Shown here one piece after another: positions 1 to 9,449 of a stretch of 64,000 nt of DNA. The notes below the pieces were generated by a model, which was not told the origin of the DNA, ran no database searches, and saw only the letters and a program-made list of their open reading frames with translations. Made by a program: the position numbers and the translations under genes. Origin of the DNA: Thermoanaerobaculia bacterium (GTDB taxonomy: Bacteria; Acidobacteriota; Thermoanaerobaculia; Multivoradales; Multivoraceae); contig OY761158.1 of NCBI GenBank assembly GCA_963664405.1, positions 2,048,001 through 2,112,000 on the forward strand, read 5' to 3'. Every line of letters begins with the position of its first letter. Within the stretch, counting starts at the first letter, position 1.

Positions 1-153
1 CCGGCGCCCGGGAAGACTCGAGTCGTATATCCAGGCCAGCCCGAGCACGAGGCTCAACTGGAACGCGAAGAGCGGGGCATTCCCTACCATCCGGAGGTCA
101 TCGAATGGTTCAAGGGTATCTGCGAGAAGTACAAGATCGGTCATCAGCTTTGA
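1..153 (+). CDS. 3' end of probable Ldh_2-family (malate/L-lactate/sulfolactate-type) oxidoreductase, partial
   Basis: Frame 1 reads PAPGKTRVVYPGQPEHEAQLEREERGIPYHPEVIEWF..*; the V-x-x-PG-x-PE...R...GIP ending is typical of this family. Confidence 0.6.
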   Translation, partial: PAPGKTRVVYPGQPEHEAQLEREERGIPYHPEVIEWFKGICEKYKIGHQL

Positions 154-166
154 GGGGAGTTAGAGC

Positions 167-1804
167 ATGAATGGTAACGAGTACATCGCCCGGATTCTGA
201 AGGAAGAAGGGGTCGAGATCATGCCCTGCTTTCCCAATAACCCGCTGATCGAGGAAGCGGCAAAAGAAGGGATAAGGCCGGTTGCCTTCCGCCATGAGCG
301 AGGCGCCATCATGGCGGCCGACGGGATCAGCAGAACGAGCGACCGGCAGCGCTTCGGAGTGGTGGCCATCCAGTCCCAGGCAGGGGCTGAGAACGCAATG
401 GGCGGCATCTCCCAGGCCTACGCCGACAACATCCCGATCTTGGTCCTACCCGGCGGGGTGATGCTGAACCAGATCTCGGTCAAGCCGAATTTCTCCGCGG
501 TCAGGAACTACTCTGGCATCGTCAAACAGGTCGAGGCCATCTATCGACCCAAAGACATCGGGAACGTCATGCGACGCGCGTTCCATGCGCTGCGCAACGG
601 CGCGCCGGGTCCGGTCGTGGTCGAGCTGACGGCGGACGTCTGCGCTCAAGAGATCCCGGAAGAAGGACAGACCTACCGATCCCCTACGGCGATGCAACAG
701 CAACCCTCGAACGGGGACATCAAAGACACCGCGACCGCGCTACTGGGCGCCGCAAAGCCGGTGCTCTGGGCAGGCCAGGGCGTCCTCTTTTCCGGAGCGA
801 CTCAGGAGCTCGAGGAGCTCGCCGAGCTGACCGGCATCCCCGTTTTCTGCACCATGCCAGGAAAATCTGCCATGGACGAGCGTCACCCCCTATGCCTGGG
901 GGCGGGGAGCGGTCTCACCACCATGGCGGCGGGAAAGTGGCTGACCGATTGTGACTTGATCCTCGCACTCGGGTCTTCTCTGACCCGTACTTTCTACGGG
1001 CAACGGATTCGTGGTCAGAAGGTACTGATACAAAACACCAACAACCCTGACGACATCAACAAGGACGAGTCGGTCGACATCGGATTGGTGGGTGACACCA
1101 AGCTCACCCTTCTCGCTCTGATCGATGAAATAAAATCGCGCCTCGGAGATCGTGGAGTCGGCGATGCGGACGAGACCAAAGTCGAGATCGCTGCCCTCAA
1201 GGCCGAGTGGTTGGAAGAATGGAAGCCGCTCCTCACCTCCGATGCTGAGCCGATCAACACCTACCGGGTCATTCACGAGATCGACCAAGTCCTCGATCGT
1301 GACAACAGCATCGTGACCCACGATGCCGGCGCGCCGCGAGACTCGATCGTGCCCTTCTACACCGCAACCACACCGCATAGTTATGTCGGCTGGGGGAAAA
1401 CCACCCATCTCGGCTTCGGCATCCCGCTGATGATCGGCGCCAAGATGGCAAACCCCGACCGTTTCTGTCTGAACTTCATGGGCGACGCGGCGTTCGGGAT
1501 GTCCGGCCTCGACCTCGAGACGGCTTCGAGGAGCGGATACGCGATCACGACTGTGCTGCTCAATAACGGCGGCATGGCGACCTACCCCGGCGGCTTCCCC
1601 AACGCCCGAGAGACCTACGGCGTTTCCCACATGCAGGGCGACTACGCGAAGATCGCTGAAGGCATGGGAGCGGTCGGGATCACAGTCAAGAAGGCCGCAG
1701 AGCTGGCCCCCGCCCTGGAACAGGCGAAGGGGCTCAACGCGGAGGGGCAGACCGTTCTGATCGATGTCCACTCAGACATGGAAGCGAAGAAATCACGCTA
1801 CTGA
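167..1804 (+). CDS. Thiamine-pyrophosphate-dependent enzyme (acetolactate-synthase-like)
   Basis: RHERGAIMAADG N-terminal motif, GDAAFGM...LLNNGG TPP-binding motif, 545 aa, GGAG RBS. Confidence 0.9.
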   Translation: MNGNEYIARILKEEGVEIMPCFPNNPLIEEAAKEGIRPVAFRHERGAIMAADGISRTSDRQRFGVVAIQSQAGAENAMGGISQAYADNIPILVLPGGVMLNQISVKPNFSAVRNYSGIVKQVEAIYRPKDIGNVMRRAFHALRNGAPGPVVVELTADVCAQEIPEEGQTYRSPTAMQQQPSNGDIKDTATALLGAAKPVLWAGQGVLFSGATQELEELAELTGIPVFCTMPGKSAMDERHPLCLGAGSGLTTMAAGKWLTDCDLILALGSSLTRTFYGQRIRGQKVLIQNTNNPDDINKDESVDIGLVGDTKLTLLALIDEIKSRLGDRGVGDADETKVEIAALKAEWLEEWKPLLTSDAEPINTYRVIHEIDQVLDRDNSIVTHDAGAPRDSIVPFYTATTPHSYVGWGKTTHLGFGIPLMIGAKMANPDRFCLNFMGDAAFGMSGLDLETASRSGYAITTVLLNNGGMATYPGGFPNARETYGVSHMQGDYAKIAEGMGAVGITVKKAAELAPALEQAKGLNAEGQTVLIDVHSDMEAKKSRY

Positions 1805-1805
1805 G

Positions 1806-1937
1806 CTAGGCTCCAGAAATGATGGCTATCATTTCCTCCGCCTAGTTGCCTTTTGGCGCCGAGGACGGCGCACTTCGGCTCTGCTTCCTATTCGCTCCGG
1901 GAAACGGCTCAGAACGAATACTCGGACACGCTCCTAG
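1806..1937. repeat. Family A palindromic element, copy 1 (CTAG-bounded)
   Basis: GAAATGATGGCTATCATTTC (1816-1835) plus hairpin GCGCCG-AGGA-CGGCGC (1856-1871); homologous to 46383-46474 and 53347-53441. Confidence 0.8.
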
Positions 1938-2126
1938 CCTGGATCATTCATGAAGCTCCTACTACGGTGCCGCAGCTGCCCGAATCTACTGCGTTGCGCT
2001 CTGACTGGGCGTCCCCGTCGCGCCCCTCGACGTATTGCCCAATACGCCTGCGGTGCTCTCGGTCGCGACGCCTTGTATCTTCGGGCATCTGCAGCACCTC
2101 GCTACGGACCTCATGAATAGTCCAGG

Positions 2127-2606
2127 CTAGGGGGTGGCGTCGGTCGAGCCGACAGGACTTTGCCGTCGGATCGATAGAATCGCTCCATCCAGCTGCTGGA
2201 GAAAGCGGGATCGATCGCGCTTACCCAGCGGTGGCGGGCCGCCCGTTCTCTCACCTCCGCTGCGAAGATCCGTCAACAGGTCCCGCGTGGCGACAGCATC
2301 ACCGATGCTGTCTTCAGTGAAGAGCCGTCCGTTCGGTCCGACGACACGAGTACCCAGCTTCAGGCAGCGGGCTGCGAGAGGAATGTCCGAGGTCACGACG
2401 ATGTCGTGACTATCAGCGTTCTCGACAATCCAGTCATCGGCCTCGTCGAGCCCCTGGCGGACGACCTCGAGTGAGATCCGCTGTCCCTCTGGAACCCGCA
2501 TCCAAGAGTTGGCGACGAGGGTCACACCAAGGCGGTGTCGGCGCGCGACACGAAAGATCTCCTCTTTGACTGGGCAGGCATCTGCATCGACGAAGATATG
2601 CAGCAA
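2127..2606 (-). CDS. YaiI/YqxD family protein (DUF188)
   Basis: IFVDADACPVK, DIVVTSDIPLAARC, TGGPPP motifs. Confidence 0.9.
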   Translation of the reverse strand: MLHIFVDADACPVKEEIFRVARRHRLGVTLVANSWMRVPEGQRISLEVVRQGLDEADDWIVENADSHDIVVTSDIPLAARCLKLGTRVVGPNGRLFTEDSIGDAVATRDLLTDLRSGGERTGGPPPLGKRDRSRFLQQLDGAILSIRRQSPVGSTDATP

Positions 2607-2621
2607 ATCAGGATACCCCCC

Positions 2622-3473
2622 CTACTCGAAGACTACCGTTTTGTTGCCGTAAACGAGAACTCGGTCTTCGAGATGCCAACGCACGGCCCGTGCGAGGACG
2701 CCGCGTTCGAGATCGCGGCCCTTCCGAATCAGGTCACGCACAGAGTCGCGATGTGAACAGCGCACCACGTCCTGCTCGACGATGGGTCCCTCGTCGAGAT
2801 CGCGAGTCGCGTAGTGCGCCGTCGCTCCAATCAGTTTCACCCCACGCTGGTAAGCCTGGCGGTAGGGTCTCCCGCCGCTAAAAGCCGGCAGAAAGGAGTG
2901 ATGGATATTGAGGACGCGCGAGGGATAGTGCTCGATGAAGTCGTCGCTGACGATCTGCATATACCGGGCAAGAACCACAAGATCGATGTTGAAGCTCGCC
3001 AAGAGCTCGAGAGCGCGCGCCTCCTGCTCCTGCTTGGTCTCTTTGGTGATCGGGATGTGGTGAAACGGGAGATCGAACTGCTCGGCAACCGGGCGAAGGG
3101 TGTCGTGGTTGCTCACGACGAGCGCAATCTCGCAGGGCAGCTCGCTGGATCGCTGACGCAGGATCAGGTCGTAGAGACAGTGGTCGACGTTCGAGACGAA
3201 GATGGCGACACGCTGTTGGCGCCCCTCATCGGCCAGCCGCCAACTCATCTCGAAGCGATCCGCGACCTCGGCGATGGCCTGCTCGAGAGAGGCGCGATCG
3301 GTGCGTAGAGCCGCTAGGTCGAAGCGGATGCGCTGAAAGAACATCCCGACCTCGAGGTCGGAGTGTTGGTCTGAATCGAGAATGTTCGCGCCGTGGCCGT
3401 ACAGAAGCTGGGCCAAGGTGGCGACGATGCCCTTTTGATCGGGACAGGAGACGAGAAGTGTGGCGTTTTCCAT
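2622..3473 (-). CDS. purU: Formyltetrahydrofolate deformylase
   Basis: ACT domain SCPDQKGIVA, VLARYMQI, NIHHSFLPAF, GVKLIGATAHY, C-terminal NKTVVF. Confidence 0.96.
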   Translation of the reverse strand: MENATLLVSCPDQKGIVATLAQLLYGHGANILDSDQHSDLEVGMFFQRIRFDLAALRTDRASLEQAIAEVADRFEMSWRLADEGRQQRVAIFVSNVDHCLYDLILRQRSSELPCEIALVVSNHDTLRPVAEQFDLPFHHIPITKETKQEQEARALELLASFNIDLVVLARYMQIVSDDFIEHYPSRVLNIHHSFLPAFSGGRPYRQAYQRGVKLIGATAHYATRDLDEGPIVEQDVVRCSHRDSVRDLIRKGRDLERGVLARAVRWHLEDRVLVYGNKTVVFE

Positions 3474-3611
3474 GGAGCTCCCGGCAAGGAGGTGCGCCGA
3501 ACGGGCATTCTCCTCCGGTGCCCCGGAAGAAGCAATGCCGCACCCCCCGAGATACTTTTAGCTATATGACAATATACAGGGTCCGCATGTGGGGATTCGG
3601 ATCCCGCAACC

Positions 3612-3702
3612 CTAGGAGCGTGTCCGAGAATTCGGACAGGCGAGTAGTTCTTAGGGGGGGATGGGCCGGAAAGCGGGCCGGAGGCCCGTTTTCCGGGGCT
3701 AG
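3612..3702 (+). repeat. Family B two-hairpin element, copy 1 (CTAG-bounded)
   Basis: Hairpin TGTCCGA..TCGGACA, 27-nt linker, hairpin CCGGAAAGCGGGCC..GGCCCGTTTTCCGG; homologous to 54966-55047. Confidence 0.75.
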
Positions 3703-3767
3703 CTCGGGCTACAACCCTGCGACTGAGGAGAAATTCGAGAGAGGCTCAGGAAGCACGAGGAAGAAGA

Positions 3768-4274
3768 GTGATGAAGGAGCTGCTGTCAGTTTTCCGACTC
3801 CTCGCCCTCCTTGCGGGCGGCACGATTCTCCTCGACGGCGGCCGCCCGCCTTCTTCGGCGCAGAGACCCCAGTCACGCCACGGCGGGACACGGGTTTCGG
3901 AGGCCCAAGAGCCTGTAGCTACAACCCCTGGCCGAACGGCTGCCTCGTCGGCGGGTCAGCAACAACTTCGGGTTTTCCTCGACCCGGTCACCGGTCAAAT
4001 CACCCGCCGGTCCGCAGCACCACTCAGTCTGTCAGCACAAGAGCGCCTGGCCCTGACTCGTTCTTCCGTGGGCCTACAGCCTCGAACCCTGCCCAACGGC
4101 GGCACAATTCTCGATCTAGAAGGGCGCTTCAGACATCTCCTCGTCTCCACTAGCAACGAGACCGAGAAGCTGTCGATAAATTGCGTCCACAGGGCAGAGC
4201 AGGCGGATGCCTGCCTCCAAGCCGGAGCCGGAGCGGCCAGAGCGAGCGGAGACGAGGAGCGCGATGTGCGATAG
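3768..4274 (+). CDS. Small secreted protein resembling post-PEP-CTERM-type domain proteins
   Basis: Signal peptide; LRVFLDPVTGQI...RSSVGL...LPNGGTILDLEGRF pattern recognised from memory; sits directly before a PA-domain peptidase. Confidence 0.6.
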   Translation: MMKELLSVFRLLALLAGGTILLDGGRPPSSAQRPQSRHGGTRVSEAQEPVATTPGRTAASSAGQQQLRVFLDPVTGQITRRSAAPLSLSAQERLALTRSSVGLQPRTLPNGGTILDLEGRFRHLLVSTSNETEKLSINCVHRAEQADACLQAGAGAARASGDEERDVR

Positions 4275-6440
4275 GGCACAGGCCCCCCGGAGAGCTCACC
4301 TTTTTTTGTAGCTGCACTCTTGTTGCTCCTCGGCAGTCTTGCCGCCGAAGGTGCCGTACTCACCATCGTCAACTTGGACGGAGCCGGGGAGGGGTTCAAC
4401 GACCCGACGGCGGCAACGCCGGTCGGCGGCAACACCGGCACGACCCTTGGAGAGCAGCGCTTGATCGCCTTCCAAGCGGCCGCCGACATCTGGGGAATGA
4501 CGCTCCAGAGCGACGTTCCGATTCGGGTTCGAGCGAGTTTCAACCCCTTGAGCTGCAGCCCCAGTTCGGCCGTACTCGGTTCGGCCGGAGCCACGGTGGT
4601 TGTCGAGGACTTCACAGGAGCACCTTCCGCAAGCACCTGGTACCCCATCGCCCTCGCCAACGCCTTGGCGGGAGTGGACCTCGCTCCAGGCTCTGACGAC
4701 CTTGGGGCTACGTTCAACAGCTCCATCGACAACAACAACAATTGCCTCACCGGCACCAACTGGTACCTCGGCCTGGACCATCAAGGACCCGGCATCGACC
4801 TCCTGGCAGTTCTCCTCCACGAGTTCGGTCATGGTCTCGGCTTCGCCAGTTACGTTAACGAATCCTTCGGTACCGAGATCGGGCCCCCCTTCCAGCCGGA
4901 CATCTGGTCCTTCTTCATGCTCGACAACAGCTCGGGCCTGTACTGGAGCGCGATGAGCGACAGTCAGCGCCAGAGCTCGGCGATCAACACCGGAAACCTG
5001 GTCTGGGACGGACCGGGCGTCACTCTCGCGGCGCCGGACGTACTCGATCCATCGACAGTTCTTTTGATCAACAGCCCCGGAGGGATCTCAGGCACCTACG
5101 CGGCGCAAAGCGCCTCCTTCGGTCCGCCGCTCGATCTGGTCGGCGCGACCGGCAATGTAGTGCTGGCGGTAGACGGAGTCGGAGCAACCAACGACGGCTG
5201 TGAGGCCCTCACCAACAGCGGGCAGGTATCGGGTGCCATCGCGCTGGTCGATCGCGGGAGCTGCAACTTCACCGTGAAGGTAGCCAACGCTCAGACTGCA
5301 GGCGCCATCGGAGTTCTGGTGGCCAACAACGTCGCCACTGGTCTACCACCGATGGGTGGGAGCGACCCGACAATCACCATCCCCTCGGTCGGGATCTCCC
5401 AGGCCGACGGAGCTCTGATAGTCAGCGAGCTTCCCGGAGTCAATGCGACCATGCGCCTTGACCCAATCGTCAGACAAGGGACCGATCTACTCGGGCACGT
5501 GCAGCTCTATGCACCCAGCCCGGTCCAGCCCGGTTCTTCGGTCGCCCACTACGACGTAGGTGCGCTGCCGAACCTACTCATGGAGCCGTCCATCAACTCG
5601 ACCTTGACCTCCGATTTGGACCTCACCATGAGCTCCTCGCCGACATCGGCTGGCCACTGACTCCTCCCTCGCCAACCCCGACACCGACGAGCGCAGGAAC
5701 GGCAACCTAGTACCCCGTCGCCCTCGGCGACGGCAACCGCAACCGACGTACCGCCGACCGCGACACCGACCCACACGCCCACCCAGACACCGAGTGCGAC
5801 ACCTACTGCTACTGAGGTACCGCCCACCGCAACCCCGACCGATACACCAACCCACACACCGAGCGCGACACCTACTGCTACTGAGGTACCGCCCACCGCA
5901 ACCCCGACCGATACACCGACCCACACACCGAGCGCGACACCTACTGCTACTGAGGTACCGCCGACTGCTACGCCGACTGACACACCGACTCCGATACCCA
6001 GTGCGACGCCGACTGCTACCGACCTACCGGCAACCGCGACACCAACCAACACACCTACTCAGATTCCGAGCGCGACACCCACCGCAACCAACGAACCTCC
6101 CACCGCTACGCCGACTGACACACCGACTCCGATACCCAGTGCGACGCCGACACCGACCGCCACCGACGTGCCACCTACCCGGACGCCCACCGCCACTGAC
6201 GTGCCGCCCACCGCGACACCGACTCCTCCGGACCATCTCGTGCTCGCCAACAACACGCTCTCGGTGCCGGCTGTCCACGAGGCTTGCAGCTCTATCACCC
6301 TCGGGCCAAACCTGTTCATCACGGCAACTGGCACGGGTGTCATTGCGCGGGCTCCTACCATCAGTTTCATCAGCGAAGTGGGGATCCTCAGTGGGGCAGT
6401 AGCGAGTTTCGAAACCTCAATCCCCGCTGGCTGCCTATGA
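4264..6440 (+). pseudogene. Secreted zinc metallopeptidase with PA domain and Pro/Thr-rich stalk; apparently frameshifted (about 4283-4307, 5627, 5708)
   Basis: HEFGHGLGF (HExxH), PA motif IALVDRGSCNFTVKVANAQTAGAIGV; RBS GAGGAG before ATG 4264; LLADIGW continues in a shifted frame; frame open again 5712-6440. Confidence 0.8.
5712..6230 (+). repeat. Coding tandem repeat, 69-bp (23-aa) unit [23 protein letters not shown]
   Basis: CCTACTGCTACTGAGGTACCG recurs at 5802, 5871, 5940; a second block recurs 138 bp apart (about 5967 and 6105). Confidence 0.9.
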
Positions 6441-6506
6441 ACCTGCGACAAGGCTCTCACTCGAAACCTTCTTGAGTAGGGTGCGGCGGGGACTCACTGT
6501 CCGGTT

Positions 6507-6704
6507 CGAGCTACCCCGGTTTCGTGGACAGTTAGTTATTTGAGTGATCATACGTTGGCGCTCGATCCGAGCCTGTTGCCATCCTCGGCGGATGGCGGCA
6601 CCAGCGTCCCACGGAAACGCGTAAGGCGTCGACTCGGAGTCTCTGTTTTCGAAGTTCATCGGGCTGAAGTAGCCGATCGACGAGTGCCGACGTCGTCGGT
6701 TGTA
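6507..6704 (-). mobile_element. IS3-family 3' remnant (integrase C-terminus plus terminal IR)
   Basis: Minus strand YNRRRRHSSIGYFSPMNFE; end 6507-6530 CGAGCTACCCCGGTTTCGTGGACA shares CGGTTTCGTGGACA with the IS3 end at 61026. Confidence 0.8.
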
Positions 6705-6991
6705 CAAGTCCCGATCACAGTGATCACAGGACCGAGATTCGTCGGGTGCAGTACCGCTGGTACCCGCAATACGGGAAGGAAGTCGTTGTCCAAGGCAAGA
6801 AGAAAGGCGGCGGCGGGGTCTATCGATGTCAAGTCAACGATGACGAGACGCGCGCGAAGCTCGAGATTCCCAAATGGATGTTTGATCGGGAGCTGTGCTC
6901 GGGGACAGGCAACGACTTCGCCCTACGTACGATGGAAAGCGCTTGTCGATTGCTGGCAATTACTCAGAGACACCCGTCAGCAGGACCGTAA
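6705..6991 (+). pseudogene. Remnant of small accessory ORF of a putative serine-recombinase mobile element
   Basis: HSDHRTEIRRVQYRWYPQYG...VYRC...LEIPKWMFDRELC pattern, recalled from ORFs next to large serine recombinases; not verified. Confidence 0.45.
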
Positions 6992-7172
6992 CTGACACTC
7001 TCGACGAGCGCATCAAGACCTACACCAATCCCGCAAAGAACCTGGCCAGCGTCGCCGATACCGAAGCCTTTCCCGAGTAGCTCGTACAGCGGCGGCGCCA
7101 CCTAGCAAGGGGCTCTGCCGAGAGCTCGAGCTGTCGTGGGCGGCCCCCCCCCCAGTCCAGGGCGCCTCTGAG

Positions 7173-7499
7173 TCAGCCCTTTGGGAGGTAGGGAATGGTC
7201 CCGGCGACATCGGTGTCGTCGATCACATGGACCCTGCTGACGCTCCCCGCGGCGCGCGCTGCCTTGTATTCGGCATAGGCCGGGTCGTTGACAAAAGCCT
7301 GCAGGGCCTCCGTCGAGGGAAACTCCAGGAGGGCTATGAGTGTCGTATCGAGACCCTCGCCCTCGATAGTGGTGATATTGGCGCTGCGGGCGAGGTACTT
7401 GCCGCCATGCTTGTGAACGATGTCGTGAACATTCGTTGCGTAATCCGGAAGCCAGGCTTCGTCGGTAACCTTGACGTCTGCGATCAAGAAAGCTGCCAT
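7173..7499 (-). CDS. DUF1330 domain protein
   Basis: HGGKYLAR...IEG...LLEFPSTEALQAF...Y...KAAR pattern. Confidence 0.85.
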   Translation of the reverse strand: MAAFLIADVKVTDEAWLPDYATNVHDIVHKHGGKYLARSANITTIEGEGLDTTLIALLEFPSTEALQAFVNDPAYAEYKAARAAGSVSRVHVIDDTDVAGTIPYLPKG

Positions 7500-7528
7500 G
7501 CGTTCTCCTTCCCTCTTGTCAATGGGAG

Positions 7529-8503
7529 CTACGACTCGGCAACAATCTTACCGAGCACCTTGCGATCGAGCATGTCGCGCATCGCTTGCGGCACTTCTTC
7601 GAGTGAGTAGCGGCGCGATACCAGCGGGCTGAGGGCTCCGGCGGCGGCGTGCGCCTCGAGCTCCTGAGACATCGTCTGGAAAACCTCGGGCTCTTTGGAG
7701 CGCGCGGCGCCCCAAAAGACGCCGACGATAGAGCAGCCCTTGAGCAGGGCCAGGTTGAGTGGAATGCTGGGGATCCCCGCGGTAAAACCGATCACAAGAA
7801 ACCTGCCCCGCCAGGCAAGGGCCCGTAGAGCCGGCTCTGCATACTCTCCGCCGACCGCGTCATAGACGACATCCACCCCGTTTCCGCCGGTGATCTCCTT
7901 AGTCCGGTTCTTGAGATCCTCCCGGTTGTAGTCGATCGTCTCGTCCGCGCCGCGCTCACGGCACAGAGCCAGCTTCTCCTCGGTAGAAGCGGCGGCGATC
8001 ACCCGCGCACCCATCAACTTCCCCAGCTCCACCGCCGCGAGTCCGACGCTGCCGGCGGCCCCGAGAACGAGCAGCGTCTCCCCTGCTTTGAGGTCGCCGC
8101 GAAACCTCAGCGCGTAGTAGCCGGTGCCGTAGGCATAGCCAAAGCCGGTCGCCTGGGCGTAGTCGAGACCTTTGGTCAAGGGTCGAAGCGAAGAGGCCGG
8201 AACCACGATGCGCTCGGCAAAGCCCCCGATGCCACCGCCCCCGATCACGTCGTCCCCGACAGCGAGCCCGCTCACACCCGAACCGACAGCGCTGACCACA
8301 CCCGCAACCTCACCACCGGGAATGAAAGGCGGAGTCGCCTTGAACTGGTAGCGGTCTTCGATGATCAACGTCGCGGGAAAAGTGATCGCGACGGCGCGCA
8401 TATCGACACGGACTTCGCCTTCGCCCGGGCTCGGATCTTCGACCGTCTCTACCACCAGATTCTCCGGCGGACCGAACGCTTTACAGACTACTGCTCTCAC
8501 CAT
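7529..8503 (-). CDS. NADPH:quinone oxidoreductase family (MDR) protein
   Basis: PPFIPGGEVAG, LVLGAAGSVGLAAVELGK, GVDVVYDAVGG. Confidence 0.92.
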   Translation of the reverse strand: MVRAVVCKAFGPPENLVVETVEDPSPGEGEVRVDMRAVAITFPATLIIEDRYQFKATPPFIPGGEVAGVVSAVGSGVSGLAVGDDVIGGGGIGGFAERIVVPASSLRPLTKGLDYAQATGFGYAYGTGYYALRFRGDLKAGETLLVLGAAGSVGLAAVELGKLMGARVIAAASTEEKLALCRERGADETIDYNREDLKNRTKEITGGNGVDVVYDAVGGEYAEPALRALAWRGRFLVIGFTAGIPSIPLNLALLKGCSIVGVFWGAARSKEPEVFQTMSQELEAHAAAGALSPLVSRRYSLEEVPQAMRDMLDRKVLGKIVAES

Positions 8504-8563
8504 CTCACCTCGTTTGCAGAGAACTCTCGCCTTTGACCCGAAGAAGGAGGATACCGCAACCGC

Positions 8564-9325
8564 CTAGTCGAGATGGCGCCTCGAGCTCTCGACGTCGCAG
8601 GGGAAAGATACCAACTCGGTGCCCTCCTCCGCTCGCTCCATGGTGACCGCCAGGGTCAAGGGTCGGGTCAGATACTTCGAGTCGTTGATCGTCATCTGCC
8701 CGGTGAGCGTGCGGCCCTCGGCACCGAGTGTGTAGCGCTCGACCACGACTCTCTGGTCGCTGCTCGGCGCATTTCTGCTCAACCCCCCGATCGTGGCGGC
8801 GAGATCGGCGGTCTCTATCACCAGCGTCGAGCCTTCGAACCAGCCGATGGCGTGACCGCCGGCCGTCGGCTCCCCACCCGCTGGATGGGCGCGACTCAGG
8901 AGATCGATTTTTCGGGTGGTGTCGAAGTACTCGTGGCGGATGGTCAATCGATCCTCGCTCAGTTCCCAAACTTGAAGATTCGGCACCATCACGATCGAGG
9001 GTAGACCGGGGGAGACGCTTATTGGCAGGATGATCGGCGGGGTCCATGGCATCGAAGGCAGCCTTACCCTCGGCCGTCATGCTGGCGCGGACCCTGCGGT
9101 CGCCACCGTCGAGACCCTGGGCGAGCCCCCTCTCGCTCCTGGACCCCCGCCCCTTCGGGCGCGTTGGACCTGCCAAACGCCACTGAACCCCCTCGGCTCC
9201 TCCCGAACCTGTGAAGGAGTCGACTCGAGTGCGAAGCTGGCCTCCTGGGCAGCGATCCCAAGGGCAAGCAGCGCCCCAATGCAGACCGCGACCCACAACA
9301 GCACTTGCTTCTGCGTCCTCTTCAT
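8564..9325 (-). pseudogene. Secreted hypothetical protein, split by about two frameshifts
   Basis: Signal peptide and FSGVW (9077-9367 frame), MTAEGKAAFDAMDPADHP (8505-9296 frame), SPGLPS...GHAIGWFEGSTLVIET...VVERYTL (8564-9052 frame) read as one protein. Confidence 0.7.
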
Positions 9326-9449
9326 CGTTGCTAGCATCGCACCCCCCTTCGCGATTGAATCGTACACTCCACGTCTGTGTAACGCCTGGTACCGTCCAAC
9401 GCTGAAATCACTCGAGCCCTAAACCCACAACCGTTCTGCAGGAGACCTC

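Noticed and set aside
1816-1835. Fur/Zur operator
   Set aside because: Resemblance is partial, this copy lies between convergent genes, and it is always linked to a second hairpin; treated as a repeat.
3474-3560. ZTP or THF riboswitch upstream of purU
   Set aside because: GC-rich stems are present, but I could not find the conserved ZTP (GACTGGCG...CGCCTGGG) or THF motifs.
5712-6230. Regularly spaced repeats as a CRISPR array
   Set aside because: Units are contiguous 69-bp in-frame Pro/Thr codon repeats with no unique spacers, and there are no cas genes.
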